64,000 nucleotides of DNA from Bacillota bacterium (GCA_024635925.1 JAGXHY010000025.1:27940-91939); one strand, 5' to 3'; positions 17,080 through 29,600 are shown, counted from the first letter of the stretch. Program-made: numbers and translations. Notes: generated by a model from the letters alone, not told the origin.

Positions 17080-17694
17080 ATGAAAATTAATGAAAATTTA
17101 AAAAAATACTTAATCTATGATTTCCAGACAATCTTTAATAAGAAAATGTTATTTCTATTTGTTTTGCTTTTTGCAATTTATACTATATCTGATATGGGTG
17201 CAGTATTTTTTTTAATTCCCTTATCATTTGCACTTATTCCTTTTAGAAGAGATGCTTATCATAATATTTCAATTAAACAAAAAAATGTATATATGGTAAG
17301 AGCCAGATACATTTTCACCCTTGCACTTTTACTAATCGTAATAATTATCAGTTTTTTCATATCAAATGTTGTATCAATTTTTAAAGCTTCTAGTATTGAT
17401 TTAATCTCCATTTATTCAATTATATTAATGACAATTATATTTTTAACGATGTCAGGTGTATTATTGCCAATATTTTATAAATTTGGTTTTAAAAAAGGAC
17501 AATACTCACTATATGCAGTGGTAATAATTTTCGCACTTCTAAATTTATATCAACATAAGATTCCATTGATTAAAATGATACAAGATATTAATAAAACAAA
17601 TCCATATTTAATCGCACTTATAGGCTTGCTTGTTAGTGGAGTCATCTATATTCTATCATATAAAGTTTCAAGAAAAATTGTATACGAAAAATAA
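17080..17694 (+). CDS. polytopic membrane protein, unknown function (about 204 aa, 5-6 TM)
   Basis: ATG at 17080 lies 7 nt after AAGGAGAG. The sequence is strongly hydrophobic and I recognise no motif. Confidence 0.6.
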   Translation: MKINENLKKYLIYDFQTIFNKKMLFLFVLLFAIYTISDMGAVFFLIPLSFALIPFRRDAYHNISIKQKNVYMVRARYIFTLALLLIVIIISFFISNVVSIFKASSIDLISIYSIILMTIIFLTMSGVLLPIFYKFGFKKGQYSLYAVVIIFALLNLYQHKIPLIKMIQDINKTNPYLIALIGLLVSGVIYILSYKVSRKIVYEK

Positions 17695-17720
17695 TCTAAC
17701 TAACCTATATTGCTAAATAT

Positions 17721-17752
17721 AAAAGAGGTAGAATTAATATTCTACCTCTTTT
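17721..17752. terminator. bidirectional terminator (14-bp perfect stem)
   Basis: AAAAGAGGTAGAAT-TAAT-ATTCTACCTCTTTT, between the convergent membrane-protein and TraB genes. Confidence 0.9.
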
Positions 17753-17778
17753 ATATTTACTTTGAAATTTTCTAACAG

Positions 17779-18954
17779 CTAAAATAATTTAAAAAAACTT
17801 GAAAATATACTTTTCAACCCAATTATATTTCCTATTGCACTACCAAATGAAGCAAGAAAAAATATTAAAAATATTCGCAACAAATTATTTGTTCTCCATT
17901 TTTTCCATAAAAATATGTCCTCACCTAAAGAACTAAAATCTTTAACTTGTGGTTTGCGCAGTTTTGCCTCAACTATAGCACCAATCAACCCTGATGACAA
18001 TACTGGTGAAGCAGCCCCAATTGGTGAACCAATCATTGTTGCCAATATAGAAAGTGGATGAGCACCAGCAATTAAAGCCGCAAACCCTCCTAAACCACTT
18101 GTTAAAATTAACCATCTAATTATATTAGTAGTTCCTTCAACTGGACTTTTATTTATTGTAATTACAAGAATAACTAATACGATAATTAACAGAATCAAAG
18201 CAATTATATGTCCATATTTTTTTTTCTTCGGGATAGTAGTAATTTCAGTCATTTTTTCTCTAGTAACATCATTTGCTTCCAAATGGGCATATACACCTTC
18301 AAGATGAGCAGCGCCTAAGACTACCAAAATCTTTTTCCCACTTAAACGTCCCACTTTATATGCCATATAACTATCTCTTTCATCCAACAAATACTTTTTA
18401 ATATTAGGAAAATTTAAACCTAATTCATTTATAGTATCTAAAATCATACTGCTATCTTTAAGAGACTCTATCGTCTCCTCATTTATTTCTTCTATTTCTT
18501 CTTTACTAAACAAATATGTTATAACATTTGATACAGCACTCATTTTATCAATAAAACCTAATTGCCTTGTAACACGTTTTAGTGTAACATCTATAGGCCT
18601 ATCAACTAAAATTAATCTTGCACCAATATTTTCGCTTGCCTCAATAGCGGCTATCATTTCTGCTCCAGGTTTTATTCCTAATTTATCACCTATTCTTTTT
18701 TGATATGCAGATAACAATAAATTTGCCATAATAAATAAAGCTTGCCCTTTTTTAAGAACATCACTAATATCTAAATTTCCATACTTATTATCATTGCCTA
18801 AATTATCAAATCTACCTTGGCAAAGTTCTATAGCTACCACATCTGGTTCTAATTCCTTTATTATTTCAACTACTTCAGATGCACTTGCTTTAGATACATG
18901 TGCAGTCCCTAATAAAATTATTTCCTTGTTATCTTTAATTAAATTTTTAATCAT
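17779..18954 (-). CDS. TraB/GumN (pheromone-shutdown-like) family protein with a C-terminal membrane domain
   Basis: N-terminal IILLGTAHVSKASASEV...PDVVAIELC..R motif typical of the TraB family, plus 4 or more C-terminal TM helices. Confidence 0.75.
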   Translation of the reverse strand: MIKNLIKDNKEIILLGTAHVSKASASEVVEIIKELEPDVVAIELCQGRFDNLGNDNKYGNLDISDVLKKGQALFIMANLLLSAYQKRIGDKLGIKPGAEMIAAIEASENIGARLILVDRPIDVTLKRVTRQLGFIDKMSAVSNVITYLFSKEEIEEINEETIESLKDSSMILDTINELGLNFPNIKKYLLDERDSYMAYKVGRLSGKKILVVLGAAHLEGVYAHLEANDVTREKMTEITTIPKKKKYGHIIALILLIIVLVILVITINKSPVEGTTNIIRWLILTSGLGGFAALIAGAHPLSILATMIGSPIGAASPVLSSGLIGAIVEAKLRKPQVKDFSSLGEDIFLWKKWRTNNLLRIFLIFFLASFGSAIGNIIGLKSIFSSFFKLF

Positions 18955-18963
18955 AAACTTCTC

Positions 18964-20589
18964 CTACTCTATAATCTTAAGCTTATCAAAAACTTTGATC
19001 ACTATTTTTGATAATTTTGGTATTTTCATTGCTTCACTTCTACTTATACCTCTAGACAGTACCAACACAAAAACGTAGACAAAAAATGCAATAAAGACAC
19101 TTAACAAAATTGAAAGTAACTGACCAATTGTATACCCTACAATAGCAAATAATAAGTTAAAAGTTATATTATAGATCAATAGAGCACTTCCACCTGTCAC
19201 AAGTCCACTAAAAGCCACTCTAGGGAACCAATGTATCCAATCAGCTTTAAGTTTAATATTCCTTTTTATAGCTACATAATTAAATAAAAAGGCGACAATA
19301 TAAGTTAATGTATAAGCTATAGGAGCCGCTAAAATATTTAATGACTCTACAGATATAAGTAATGTAAGCACAACTACATTAATTAATAAACCTAAACTTA
19401 AGCTTATGATTGGAATGTATGTTTTCCCCATCCCTTGTAATATTCCTGTCGTATTATGATATAAGCCTATAAATAAGATCATTATAAAGCTAAATTGCAT
19501 GATTGGATAAGCATCACTAGCATTGAAAATTAAATCTAAAATAGGTTTCCCTAAAAATAATAATCCAAATCCTGCAGGAACACTGATAAAATTAACCATC
19601 TTAATAGATAATTTAATTTTTCTAGCAAGATCAGCTTCATCCTTTCTTGCTATGGCAGCAGCTATAGCTGGTATTATACTAATAGCAAAAGCCGCAGAAG
19701 TTGAAACTATAAGATTTACTAAAGCTAAAACAGCACCACTAAAAGAACCATATAGTTTGTCAGATTCCCCCAGACTAAATCCAGAAGCCAATAATCTTGT
19801 TGGTATAATAATTCCATCAATGACATCTAAGAATGTTGGCAAAAGAGCAGCTAAAGTAACAGGTAAAGCAAATAATATAATTCTTTTAAATATCTTAAAA
19901 TTCTCGATTTGAGTACTTACATTTAATTTTAAAACTTCCCCTTTTCTTTTATAAAATATCATAAGTACAAATAATCCAAATATTGCACCTATAAAAGGAC
20001 CAAAAGCAACACCATTAATAATATCCAAGGAATTGTACCTTGTGAAGTTTTTTAGAATAAATATAGTTATACCGACAGAGAATCCGACTCTAGCTATCTG
20101 TTCAAAAACTTGGGATAATCCAGTAGGCAACATTTGTTGCTTACCTTGAAAATAGCCCCTCAAGGATGACATTATAGTAACAAGAAATAATGCTGGGGCC
20201 ATTGCTTGCAAAACATAAGTAGTCCTTGGATCAGCAAAGATTTTATCAGCGATTATAGGAGCAAATACATATAGACCAACTGATAATATTAAACCTAAAA
20301 ATATCAATAATTTTACTGAATATGTAAATATTCTATTTGCCACATCAACTCTACCAGCAGCTCTTTCTTCGGACATTAATTTCGAAATAGCAATAGGAAT
20401 TCCGGCAGCAGAGATGGCTAATAACATAGCATAAAAACTGATCCCCTTCATATAAATTCCTACACCACCAGCTCCAACTGATTGGTATAAAAATGCTTGA
20501 TAAAAAGCACCTAAAACTTTAGAAAATATTGCTGCTAAAGATAAAATAAACGCATTTTTTATTAAAGAACTCTCTTTATTGTTAGACAA
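18964..20589 (-). CDS. MOP-superfamily flippase (MurJ/YtgP/SpoVB-like polysaccharide biosynthesis protein)
   Basis: 541 aa with about 14 TM helices and an N-terminus (LIKNAFILSLAAIFSKVLGAFYQAFLY) typical of this family. TTG start overlaps the MATE stop. Confidence 0.75.
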   Translation of the reverse strand: MSNNKESSLIKNAFILSLAAIFSKVLGAFYQAFLYQSVGAGGVGIYMKGISFYAMLLAISAAGIPIAISKLMSEERAAGRVDVANRIFTYSVKLLIFLGLILSVGLYVFAPIIADKIFADPRTTYVLQAMAPALFLVTIMSSLRGYFQGKQQMLPTGLSQVFEQIARVGFSVGITIFILKNFTRYNSLDIINGVAFGPFIGAIFGLFVLMIFYKRKGEVLKLNVSTQIENFKIFKRIILFALPVTLAALLPTFLDVIDGIIIPTRLLASGFSLGESDKLYGSFSGAVLALVNLIVSTSAAFAISIIPAIAAAIARKDEADLARKIKLSIKMVNFISVPAGFGLLFLGKPILDLIFNASDAYPIMQFSFIMILFIGLYHNTTGILQGMGKTYIPIISLSLGLLINVVVLTLLISVESLNILAAPIAYTLTYIVAFLFNYVAIKRNIKLKADWIHWFPRVAFSGLVTGGSALLIYNITFNLLFAIVGYTIGQLLSILLSVFIAFFVYVFVLVLSRGISRSEAMKIPKLSKIVIKVFDKLKIIE

Positions 20590-21937
20590 TTTGCTTCTCC
20601 CATCTTTTCTTAAGCTTACTTAATCCATTCATAATAATTATATAACTAATAATTCCTGTTAAAATATCTGCAATTGGAAAACTTATCCAAACACCTTTTA
20701 AGCCAAAATAATATGAGAATATTAACAAAAAAGGTATCATTAAAAATAATTGCCTCAAGACGGCTAGAAATATTGCCGTAATTGGCTGGTTAAATGATTG
20801 GTAGGCTGATGATCCCACTAACTGAATACCAACTAATGGCATCCCACCCATAACAAATATCATTCCAAATTTTGCCATAGCAAAAAAACTATCATCTTTT
20901 GTAAACAAATTAATAATCTGGTCATTTAACAACATTACTACAACTAAAGCTAAAAAAGACATTGTAAAAGCAATAAGCATACCTTTATTTAAAATTTCTT
21001 TAACTCTTTTGAAATCTTTCATTCCATAATTATATGCTAATAAAGGTTGTAAGCCATGTAGTAATCCAAATATTGGTAAAAATAAAAAAGTATTAATCTT
21101 TAAAATAATGCCTATAGCATTTAATGCTACTACACCACCATAAGCAAAAAAAAGATTATTTAAGATTATTGCACCAACGCTATTTAAGCTTTGTCTCATA
21201 AAAGCTGAAAACCCTAGTAGATTCATCTTTTTATAGTATAACCATTTGAATTTGACTTTTTTAAAGTTAATTTTAAATGGTAGTTTTTTAACTTTATAAT
21301 AGTATAAGATTAATAGAAATGATAAAAACTGACCAAATGAATTAGCTAAACCTGCTCCATATATACCCATATCAAATATTACAATGAAAATTGGTGTGAA
21401 TATAACATTAGTTATAATACTTATTAACATTATACTTGAAGCTTTCTTTGCTTCACCTACTGTTCTTAATAGATTATTAGCTAGAAATATAGTTGGTGCA
21501 AATAACCAACCAATTAAAATTGCAGAAAAATATATTTTTGTTTCATCAAGTAAAACACCTTTTCCTCCAGCTAAACTTATGATAGAATCTGTAAATACAG
21601 TACCAATAATTATAATTCCAATCGTAAGTATCAATGCAGAAACAATACCTGTCCAAGCAATATTATCTATCACTTTATGTCTTTTACTCCCAAGTTTTAC
21701 AGATATCATTGCTGCAGTTCCTAATGTTGCCATAGTAGCAAGTGCAACCAAAATCATTTCAATTGGCAATGTTATTGCAGTCACAGCTAGAGCATTTCCT
21801 CCAATAAGATTACCTAGATACATACCATTCACAATATTATTTGATGCATTAACTAACATTGCAAGAATTGATGGATAAGAAAGTGAATATATTAATTTAT
21901 AAATATTACCTCTACTAAAATCAATAGCGGTTTTCAT
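20582..21937 (-). CDS. MATE family efflux transporter
   Basis: 451 aa with 12 TM helices and an N-terminus (GNIYKLI..LS.P.ILAMLV.....VN..YLG) characteristic of MATE/NorM. Confidence 0.8.
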   Translation of the reverse strand: MKTAIDFSRGNIYKLIYSLSYPSILAMLVNASNNIVNGMYLGNLIGGNALAVTAITLPIEMILVALATMATLGTAAMISVKLGSKRHKVIDNIAWTGIVSALILTIGIIIIGTVFTDSIISLAGGKGVLLDETKIYFSAILIGWLFAPTIFLANNLLRTVGEAKKASSIMLISIITNVIFTPIFIVIFDMGIYGAGLANSFGQFLSFLLILYYYKVKKLPFKINFKKVKFKWLYYKKMNLLGFSAFMRQSLNSVGAIILNNLFFAYGGVVALNAIGIILKINTFLFLPIFGLLHGLQPLLAYNYGMKDFKRVKEILNKGMLIAFTMSFLALVVVMLLNDQIINLFTKDDSFFAMAKFGMIFVMGGMPLVGIQLVGSSAYQSFNQPITAIFLAVLRQLFLMIPFLLIFSYYFGLKGVWISFPIADILTGIISYIIIMNGLSKLKKRWEKQIV

Positions 21938-23193
21938 TAATACTTGCTCCTTATTTCTTTGGTTACCACTTCTATATTATTTAATTCAGTAATATCTTTA
22001 TCACTTGAAACACCTAAATCCTTAAACTTTCTAGTAGTTGGTAAAACCCTAGATTCAAAAGCTCCAACTGCTTTATTATAAGAATCTGCTGATTTATCTA
22101 TGCCTTTTTTGATATTATCTAAATGTTCAGCTAAGACAGACATTCTATCATATAATTCTTTACCTAGATTACTAATGAATTTTGCATTAACTGCTAAAGA
22201 TTCTTGATTCCAACCATAAGCAATGGCTTTTAAAAGAGCAATTAATGTTGTTGGAGTTGCTATAATAACATTTTTACTTGCACTAATTTCAATGAGTTTT
22301 GGTTCTGCTTCTAACGCAGCCCCATAAAGTGCTTCATTAGGTAAAAACATAACAACAAACTCAGGACTTTCAGAAAATTGATCCCAATATGCTTTACAAC
22401 TTAACTTACCTATATGATCTTTAACTTGTCTTCCATGTTCTATTAGATATTTATTTTTATTTATCTCATCTGTAGCTTCAATTAAATTTAAATAGGCATC
22501 TAGTGGAGTTTTAGCATCAATAACTATAGTTTTATTCCCTGGTAATTTAATTAACATATCTGGTCTTAATTTACCTAAGTCTGTATCTTTAGAAAATTGC
22601 TCAATAAAATCTACATAATTCAGCATTCCAGCCATTTCCACTACTCTTTTAAGTTGTATTTCTCCCCAACGGCCTCTAGTTTGTGGAGCTCTTAAAGCTT
22701 TAACTAAATTAGCTGTCTCTATTTGTAATTTTGTTTGATCTTCTTTTAAAAACTTGAATTGTTCTTTCACCTCAATAAATGTCTTTTGATATTCTTTCTC
22801 AATTACATCCATTTTAACTTTAACTTCCCCTAAAATTTCTTTCATTGGATTAACAATATTTTTTATAGATTCTTCTTTTTTTTCTAATTCATTTTTACTT
22901 TCCATGCTAGTTTTTGCAAATTCAGTTTTTGCTAAATCTAAAAAATTGGCTTGATTTTCTTTTAATAATTTATAAGAAATTGATCTGAAAGATTCTGTTA
23001 GAGACTCTTCACTTTTTCTAAAATGCTTTTCCTTTTCCTCAGCAAGCTTTCTTTCTCCCTCAATTAAAATCTTCGACTTTTCAATTTCTGCCTTTAGTAT
23101 TGCATTATTCACTTTTAATTTTTTTACTTTGAATACATATATAACAAAACTACCTATTAAAATACCTAGGATAGTAAATAGCAATTCGAACAT
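21937..23193 (-). CDS. rmuC: DNA recombination protein RmuC
   Basis: N-terminal TM helix, a long coiled coil, and an RmuC C-terminal domain (RGRWGEIQLKRVVEMAGM...VMFLPNE). The start is trimmed to ATG at 23193, with GGAGG 5 nt upstream inside the last addA codons. Confidence 0.9.
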   Translation of the reverse strand: MFELLFTILGILIGSFVIYVFKVKKLKVNNAILKAEIEKSKILIEGERKLAEEKEKHFRKSEESLTESFRSISYKLLKENQANFLDLAKTEFAKTSMESKNELEKKEESIKNIVNPMKEILGEVKVKMDVIEKEYQKTFIEVKEQFKFLKEDQTKLQIETANLVKALRAPQTRGRWGEIQLKRVVEMAGMLNYVDFIEQFSKDTDLGKLRPDMLIKLPGNKTIVIDAKTPLDAYLNLIEATDEINKNKYLIEHGRQVKDHIGKLSCKAYWDQFSESPEFVVMFLPNEALYGAALEAEPKLIEISASKNVIIATPTTLIALLKAIAYGWNQESLAVNAKFISNLGKELYDRMSVLAEHLDNIKKGIDKSADSYNKAVGAFESRVLPTTRKFKDLGVSSDKDITELNNIEVVTKEIRSKY

Positions 23194-23194
23194 C

Positions 23195-26100
23195 TTAACC
23201 TCCAAAATCAATTTTTATAAAATCTTTTATATTACTAAAGTATAAATATGCTTCAGTCACCTTAAGTCCTTTTAAATCCTCTAAAGACAACTTGTAAAGT
23301 TGTAATTGTTTCTTATATTCATCAAGTTTTATCTCTATCTTAAATTCATCAAAATAATCTGTTTTATAATCTATTAATATACACTTATTTTCTTCTACAA
23401 AATATAAATCTATAATACCTTGTACTAATATTGAATTATCCCCACTATATTCATTACTAATCAATGCTGGATTAACCATCAAATTAAAAGGTTTTTCCTT
23501 TTCATAATCTTTTGATTTTTGAATTCTTTTATACAATGAACTACTAAGAAAACCATAAACTCCATCTATATCTAATGAATCATATTCTTTTTTCGAAATA
23601 ATTCCATTATTAAATAAAGAGTATATTTCATTTTTTAAACTAACAGAAGAATATTCTTTTGAAAAGTCTATTAACTCCATTACAAGATGAAAAATTATTC
23701 CTTTCTCTGCACTCGAAATCTCTTTATTTTGTAGAAAGTCAGGTTTAATTTTAAGACTATTTTTTAATAAATCTCTTGTTAAAGCAGTTTCTATTGAGTT
23801 AATCTTAACAAAATCTGTAGCTGACAATTTTTTAGGAATTTGAATCGTAGTTCTATCTTTAAATAAATCATCTGAAAATTGTTCATTAATAATTAAATTC
23901 TTTTTAACTTTATAGGTGTCATTGTTAATAATAACACTTTCTTTAATAACTTCAAACAAACTTTTTGCTATTTTTTCGTTAAAAATGATAGGTAAAAGCA
24001 AATCATAAATTGATTTAGCTCTATTAATACTATCAAAATTAAAAGTTTTATATTTTTCAATTTTCTTTACAGTTCCAACAAGGAATAAATTATTTTTAGC
24101 CCTTGTCATTGCAACATAAAGTAGATTCAATTTGTCTTCTAAGTTTTCATAGAATAAAGCCTTGTTGATTATTTCATAATTCAATGTTTTATTCTTTTTA
24201 AAATTTTCTGGACAAAGTAATTTTGTGCCAATTCCTAATTTTTGATGAAAATTAACTTGTTTTGCTCCATTATTTTTCCATATATCACCAAGCTTTACGA
24301 GAAACACATTTTCATATTCTAGGCCTTTACTTTTATGTATAGTTTGAATTCTGACCACATTATCTTCTTCAGAAGTTAAACTTGAACTAGGTAAACTAAT
24401 CTCATTCTTTTGAATATGTTTGAAATATTTCAAGAATCCATTCAAATGAGTATTGTTTGTTTTTTCAAAATCCGATACTAATCTTATTAACTCTTTGATA
24501 TTAAGGCTTTCAATCTCGTAATCATCTTTTCTAAAAATAATAAAATAATATTTTGAATCTAATAATAATGAGATAATAAAATCAGTTAAATTATGATCAT
24601 TAACTTTATTTTTCAACATAGTAATATTTTTCATAAAGATTTCTATCTTATTTTTTATCGAAGTTAATCCATTATCCATATTAAAATATTTTTCTAATGA
24701 ATTAATAAATAATTCTCCACTTTTTCTATTTTTTCTTATAATCCCTAATTCTTCTAAAGTAAAATTAAAGACTGGGCTTTTTAAAATATTTATTAAAGCT
24801 AAATCATTATTAGCATTATCAATTATATCTAGATAATCAATAATAAACCTTACACTGAAAGAATCAATAAAGCCAGTATCTACTTCTCCATATAGTGGTA
24901 TTCCGTATTTATCAAATATTTCTTTGTATGGTTCAACTATAAATTTTATTGAATTAGCTAGAATAGTAAAATCTTTATAAGATGATCTTCCAGAATCGAC
25001 CATTTCTCTAATATTTAATGCACATATTTCTGCTTCTTTTTTTATTTTATCTTTTAAAAGAATATTATCTATTTCCTCATCATTATCATCAATAAGCTCT
25101 TCTTCAGCTAAATCTATAATATAGGTTTTAATTTTCATATCATTATCTTTTATAGAGCCATGTACTAATTGTGCATCTTCTTTATATTTAACTGAAGAGA
25201 CAAATCCATCCATTAAATGATTAAAAAGACTATTAACACCATTTACTACACTATGGCTAGATCTGAAGTTTTTATTTAAAGTTAATGACTCACAGTTTTT
25301 ATTTTCATTATAATAGTTAACTTTTTCTTTAAAAATATTAGAATCAGCTAGTCTAAATCTATAAATACTCTGTTTTAAATCTCCAACATAAAACATATTA
25401 TCTTCTCTTGCTATTAGATTGAAAATTTGATCTTGCACTCCATTTGTATCTTGATACTCATCAATACAAATATATTCATAATAATCTTTGTAAATTTGAT
25501 TAAATTCAGGTTTTTCAAGTAGATTTACTGCAAAATGCTCAATATCGTTATAACTAAAAAGATTAATTTTCCTCTTTTCTTTTAATAACTCATCATTAAA
25601 TTTAATTACTATATTAATCAGATAGAGATTATCTTCTTTTATACAGGCTTGTTCTTTCAATCTTTGAGTCAAGTCAAAAGATAACTCTTTGACTTTTTCC
25701 TTCATATTATTTCTTGCATCTTTGAAGTCTTCATGTTCATCTCTTTTGTTTTCTTTTTTGATATTTGGTAGTCTCTTGAAACTAATACTATATTGTAAAA
25801 AAGATGCAAGTCCTTCTGTTTTAAGTTTATCTATCATTAGATTACATTGCTCTAAATCATTCTCATAAGTTAAAATATACTCATCAGCTCCAGCTTGTAC
25901 AGCTTCCCATTCTAAAGTTATGTAATTTAGTAGATTTTTAATTTCTCTATAAATAATTTTATCAATATAATATTGACCAATAGGAGTTTTTTCAAATTCA
26001 TCAATATTATCTGTATATGACATTACAGCTTTTTCAAGCCAAATCGATGGTTTGGGATTACTTTGACTAAAATCATACAAATCAATAATACACTTTCTTA

Positions 26101-26602
26101 ATCCATCATCACTTTCTAATTTTCCATATGTTTCTACTAAGTTTATAAAGTTAGTGTTACTTTTTTTATATTCTTCTTCTAATATTTTATCAAGTATTTC
26201 ATTTTTCAATTCAATATTTCGCTTATCATCGATAATTTGAAATTTTAAATCTAAATCAAATTCATTAAAATGATTTTTTATAATTTGAAAACAAAAAGAA
26301 TCGATAGTTTTAATATCAGAAGCATCAAGTAAAGTTCTCTGATTCTTTAAATTTTTATTAGTAGGGTTTAGTTCTATTTCTGAATCTAATTTTTTTTGTA
26401 ATTTTTCTTTCATTTCAGAAGCTGCTTTTCTTGTAAAAGTAATCATTAAAATATTACTAATATCAGTTTTGCCTTCTTTAATAATTTGAAAAATACGCTC
26501 AATTAAAACTGCAGTTTTACCAGAACCTGCCGCAGCTGAAATTATTAAATTTTTATCTCTAGCTTCAATAGCTTTCTTTTGAGAATTAGTCCAATTTTGC
26601 AT
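23195..26602 (-). CDS. addA: ATP-dependent helicase/nuclease subunit A (AddA)
   Basis: UvrD-type helicase motifs (AAAGSGKT, DEYQDT, KNFRS) and a C-terminal RecB-type nuclease motif (GIIDLYF...LIDYKTD). The start is set to MQNWTNSQKKAI at 26602. Confidence 0.93.
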   Translation of the reverse strand: MQNWTNSQKKAIEARDKNLIISAAAGSGKTAVLIERIFQIIKEGKTDISNILMITFTRKAASEMKEKLQKKLDSEIELNPTNKNLKNQRTLLDASDIKTIDSFCFQIIKNHFNEFDLDLKFQIIDDKRNIELKNEILDKILEEEYKKSNTNFINLVETYGKLESDDGLRKCIIDLYDFSQSNPKPSIWLEKAVMSYTDNIDEFEKTPIGQYYIDKIIYREIKNLLNYITLEWEAVQAGADEYILTYENDLEQCNLMIDKLKTEGLASFLQYSISFKRLPNIKKENKRDEHEDFKDARNNMKEKVKELSFDLTQRLKEQACIKEDNLYLINIVIKFNDELLKEKRKINLFSYNDIEHFAVNLLEKPEFNQIYKDYYEYICIDEYQDTNGVQDQIFNLIAREDNMFYVGDLKQSIYRFRLADSNIFKEKVNYYNENKNCESLTLNKNFRSSHSVVNGVNSLFNHLMDGFVSSVKYKEDAQLVHGSIKDNDMKIKTYIIDLAEEELIDDNDEEIDNILLKDKIKKEAEICALNIREMVDSGRSSYKDFTILANSIKFIVEPYKEIFDKYGIPLYGEVDTGFIDSFSVRFIIDYLDIIDNANNDLALINILKSPVFNFTLEELGIIRKNRKSGELFINSLEKYFNMDNGLTSIKNKIEIFMKNITMLKNKVNDHNLTDFIISLLLDSKYYFIIFRKDDYEIESLNIKELIRLVSDFEKTNNTHLNGFLKYFKHIQKNEISLPSSSLTSEEDNVVRIQTIHKSKGLEYENVFLVKLGDIWKNNGAKQVNFHQKLGIGTKLLCPENFKKNKTLNYEIINKALFYENLEDKLNLLYVAMTRAKNNLFLVGTVKKIEKYKTFNFDSINRAKSIYDLLLPIIFNEKIAKSLFEVIKESVIINNDTYKVKKNLIINEQFSDDLFKDRTTIQIPKKLSATDFVKINSIETALTRDLLKNSLKIKPDFLQNKEISSAEKGIIFHLVMELIDFSKEYSSVSLKNEIYSLFNNGIISKKEYDSLDIDGVYGFLSSSLYKRIQKSKDYEKEKPFNLMVNPALISNEYSGDNSILVQGIIDLYFVEENKCILIDYKTDYFDEFKIEIKLDEYKKQLQLYKLSLEDLKGLKVTEAYLYFSNIKDFIKIDFGG

Positions 26603-29600
26603 ATTTTTCTCTAAGCTCCTCAATAAAATCATTTTTATCAATTTTTTTATTTATTAAAAATCTATTCTTATTCTTATTTTTACATATCATTAAATATTTG
26701 CAGTATTTACATCCTTTTTCATCACTTTTATAGTAAAAAGGTGCTACCTTGAAATTACCACCAAGGATATTTTTTGCATGTTCTTTAATTTTAGTTTCTG
26801 TAAATTGTTTAATCAAATCATATTCTTGAGGATTTATTATACTATTATCTTTAAAATCTTCTGTCATTAATATTTCCTGTTTCTCATCTTTTACAACTAG
26901 CCCAGTTAACCTATTACTATTTTTAAAATCTTCAATTAAACGATTGTATAAAACTCCAGCAGGTTGATATTTAGAACTAGATAAAGCATTTAAATATACA
27001 AATAACTGAAATTCAATACCATCTCGAACTTTTCTATAATCAATTTTTTTACCTTTTAATTTATAATCGGTAATTCTCACAAATTCCTTATCTATAGATT
27101 TAAGAATATCTACTCTATCTACTTTTCCTTCTAAATAGATGCTTTCATTTGAATTTAAATATAATCTATACTCTGGAAAAGTTTTTTCTTGTCCAAATTC
27201 AACTTCATAAAAACTTGGAATGAACATAGAATTTATTATATCATTTTGCAAAGTAGTTACTATTTTCAAGCCTTCTTCTTTAATTTTATTTAATCTGTAT
27301 TTAAATTGATAACTATCAAATTTTAGAAAATTATTTTCTAAAAACTCTTTATAAAAATGGTCATTAATAATTTCAGATATATTAATATCTTTTCCAAGAT
27401 ACCAATTATTTTTACCTATTTCTTCTAAGACATGATGATAAATATTTCCAATATCCATTGTTTTTAATTCATATTCTTTTTCTTCAATAGGCTTTAGTCC
27501 ATATTTTATAAAAAAGCTATATGGACACTTTCCATATTCTTCTAATTTACTAATAGTAAATAATGGTTCTTTATCCAAAAATAATATTTCTTTGACTATA
27601 TTCTTATCTATTTCACCTTCAACTTTTTCATATTTATTAAATTGGTACAATTTATCCAAGAAATCTCCAAAGTAATAAAATATATTATTGAATTGTTCTT
27701 TAGAAATATCAATTTCTATATTTTTATTGATTTTAATAAAATTTAGTAGACTAATATTTTTCGAATAAAAATAAGAATCATGAGCAATATTAGGTTCACT
27801 AATATATGAAATATTAAAGATTTTTTTGATAGATTTAATGATATATGCAGGTTTGATTCCTTCACCCTTACTATCATTTAGACTATAAGATATAATTAAC
27901 TTTTCACTAGACATAGATAAAGTGAAATAAAGTTCCATATTTCTATTTAATTGTTTTGATAAATCATCTTTTTCCCAATTGAATAACTTTTCCAAAACTT
28001 GAGTTTCATCGAGTGGAAAAAGTGGTTCATGAGAAATTTTTTCTGGTAAATAACCGTCATTGGCTCCAACTATAAATACTACTTTACTAGACTCTTTAAA
28101 TGCATCCTGGCTATTAATTACCATTATTTCATTGTTATTGATAGGAAGTATACTTATGGATTCTCTTTCAAGACTGTTCTTTAACAAGAGTTGTAATTCA
28201 TAATTATTGATGTTTTTATCACCTAAGAAACTTACCATTTGATCAAGTATTTCTAAAAGATTATTCCAAAACTGTGTATATATATAAACATTATTATATT
28301 TTTTATTTTCTTTATAAAATTCAATTTTTTCAAAAAGTTTCTCATATATTTTAAGTTTAGATAAGATATCATAAATAGAAATAATTTTTTCTTTCACCGT
28401 TGATCCAGTTACAGTTTTTCTAAAATATCTTACCAAATCAATAAGTTTTTTTCTAGTTTTTTCAATTTCTTTATGATCATAAAATTCTTTTACCCATTTA
28501 TTATAGTTAATACCATTTTCTTTTACATATTTTTCTAAGTTTTCTATTTCTGTATTATTGAAATCTAAATAGCCTGTTTTTAATAACGTTAATAGATCTT
28601 CTGTTCTCATTTCATCTAAAAGATGAATAATTGAAATAATAACTCTTGAGATTGGGTGATTATGTATACTAATTTTTTCATTGATAAACAATGGCACTTC
28701 ATATATTTTTCTATATAATTTGAAATAGTTTCTATAATCTTCTAAATTATTACAAACTATTTTTATGTCACGGTAATCATATCCTAAATCCACTTGTTTA
28801 ATAATACTTTTAAAAAGGTTATTAACTTCTTCATCAATATTAGTAAATTTCTTTAAAATTAAATTATTTATTTTATTAGGATATTTCAACATTTTATTAT
28901 GACTAAATACATTTTCTAAATATTCTAATTCTTTAGAAGCAAAAAATTGTTTATCCATTATTGTATTTTTAGTGTTTATATTTTTTTCTTGAGTGAATTT
29001 ATATAAATTCTTGTATACATCTTGGCTTAGCTGATTAAATTCTGAGTTTTTAACATCAATATTTAAAGCTATTGTAAGTGTTTTTGTTGAAAGCATTAAT
29101 TCCTTTATTATCTTCAATTGTTGATTTGAAAAAGTATAAAAATCATCTATGAAAAAATGTGAATTTTTAATATTAAAAGATTTTCTGATAGACTCTAGAA
29201 GTTTATTATTAAAGTCTATTTCATCTACATAACCTGTATTTAAATATTCTTGATATTTATTTATAATAATGTCAAAATCATGTAATTTAAGTCTTAATAC
29301 TTCTTTTTCTATGTTTTTATAATTTTGAAATTTTTTTAAATCGATATCTCTCAAATTAATAACTACTTTGTTAATTTCTTCTAAAGTACTTGATTTAGCT
29401 TTTTTAAAATATTTTAATTCTGAATCTAACTCATTAATTATTTTATTTAATATAAGTAGCTGACCTTGTTCTTTTAAAAATGTTTTTGTTCTAAAATCAG
29501 TATTTTTAAGAAGTAAATTACCTAGTTTTTTAAAACTTATAACTTGTACATCTAAAAGTCCTTTACAATTCAATCTTGAAATTAATTTATTTTCTGTTTC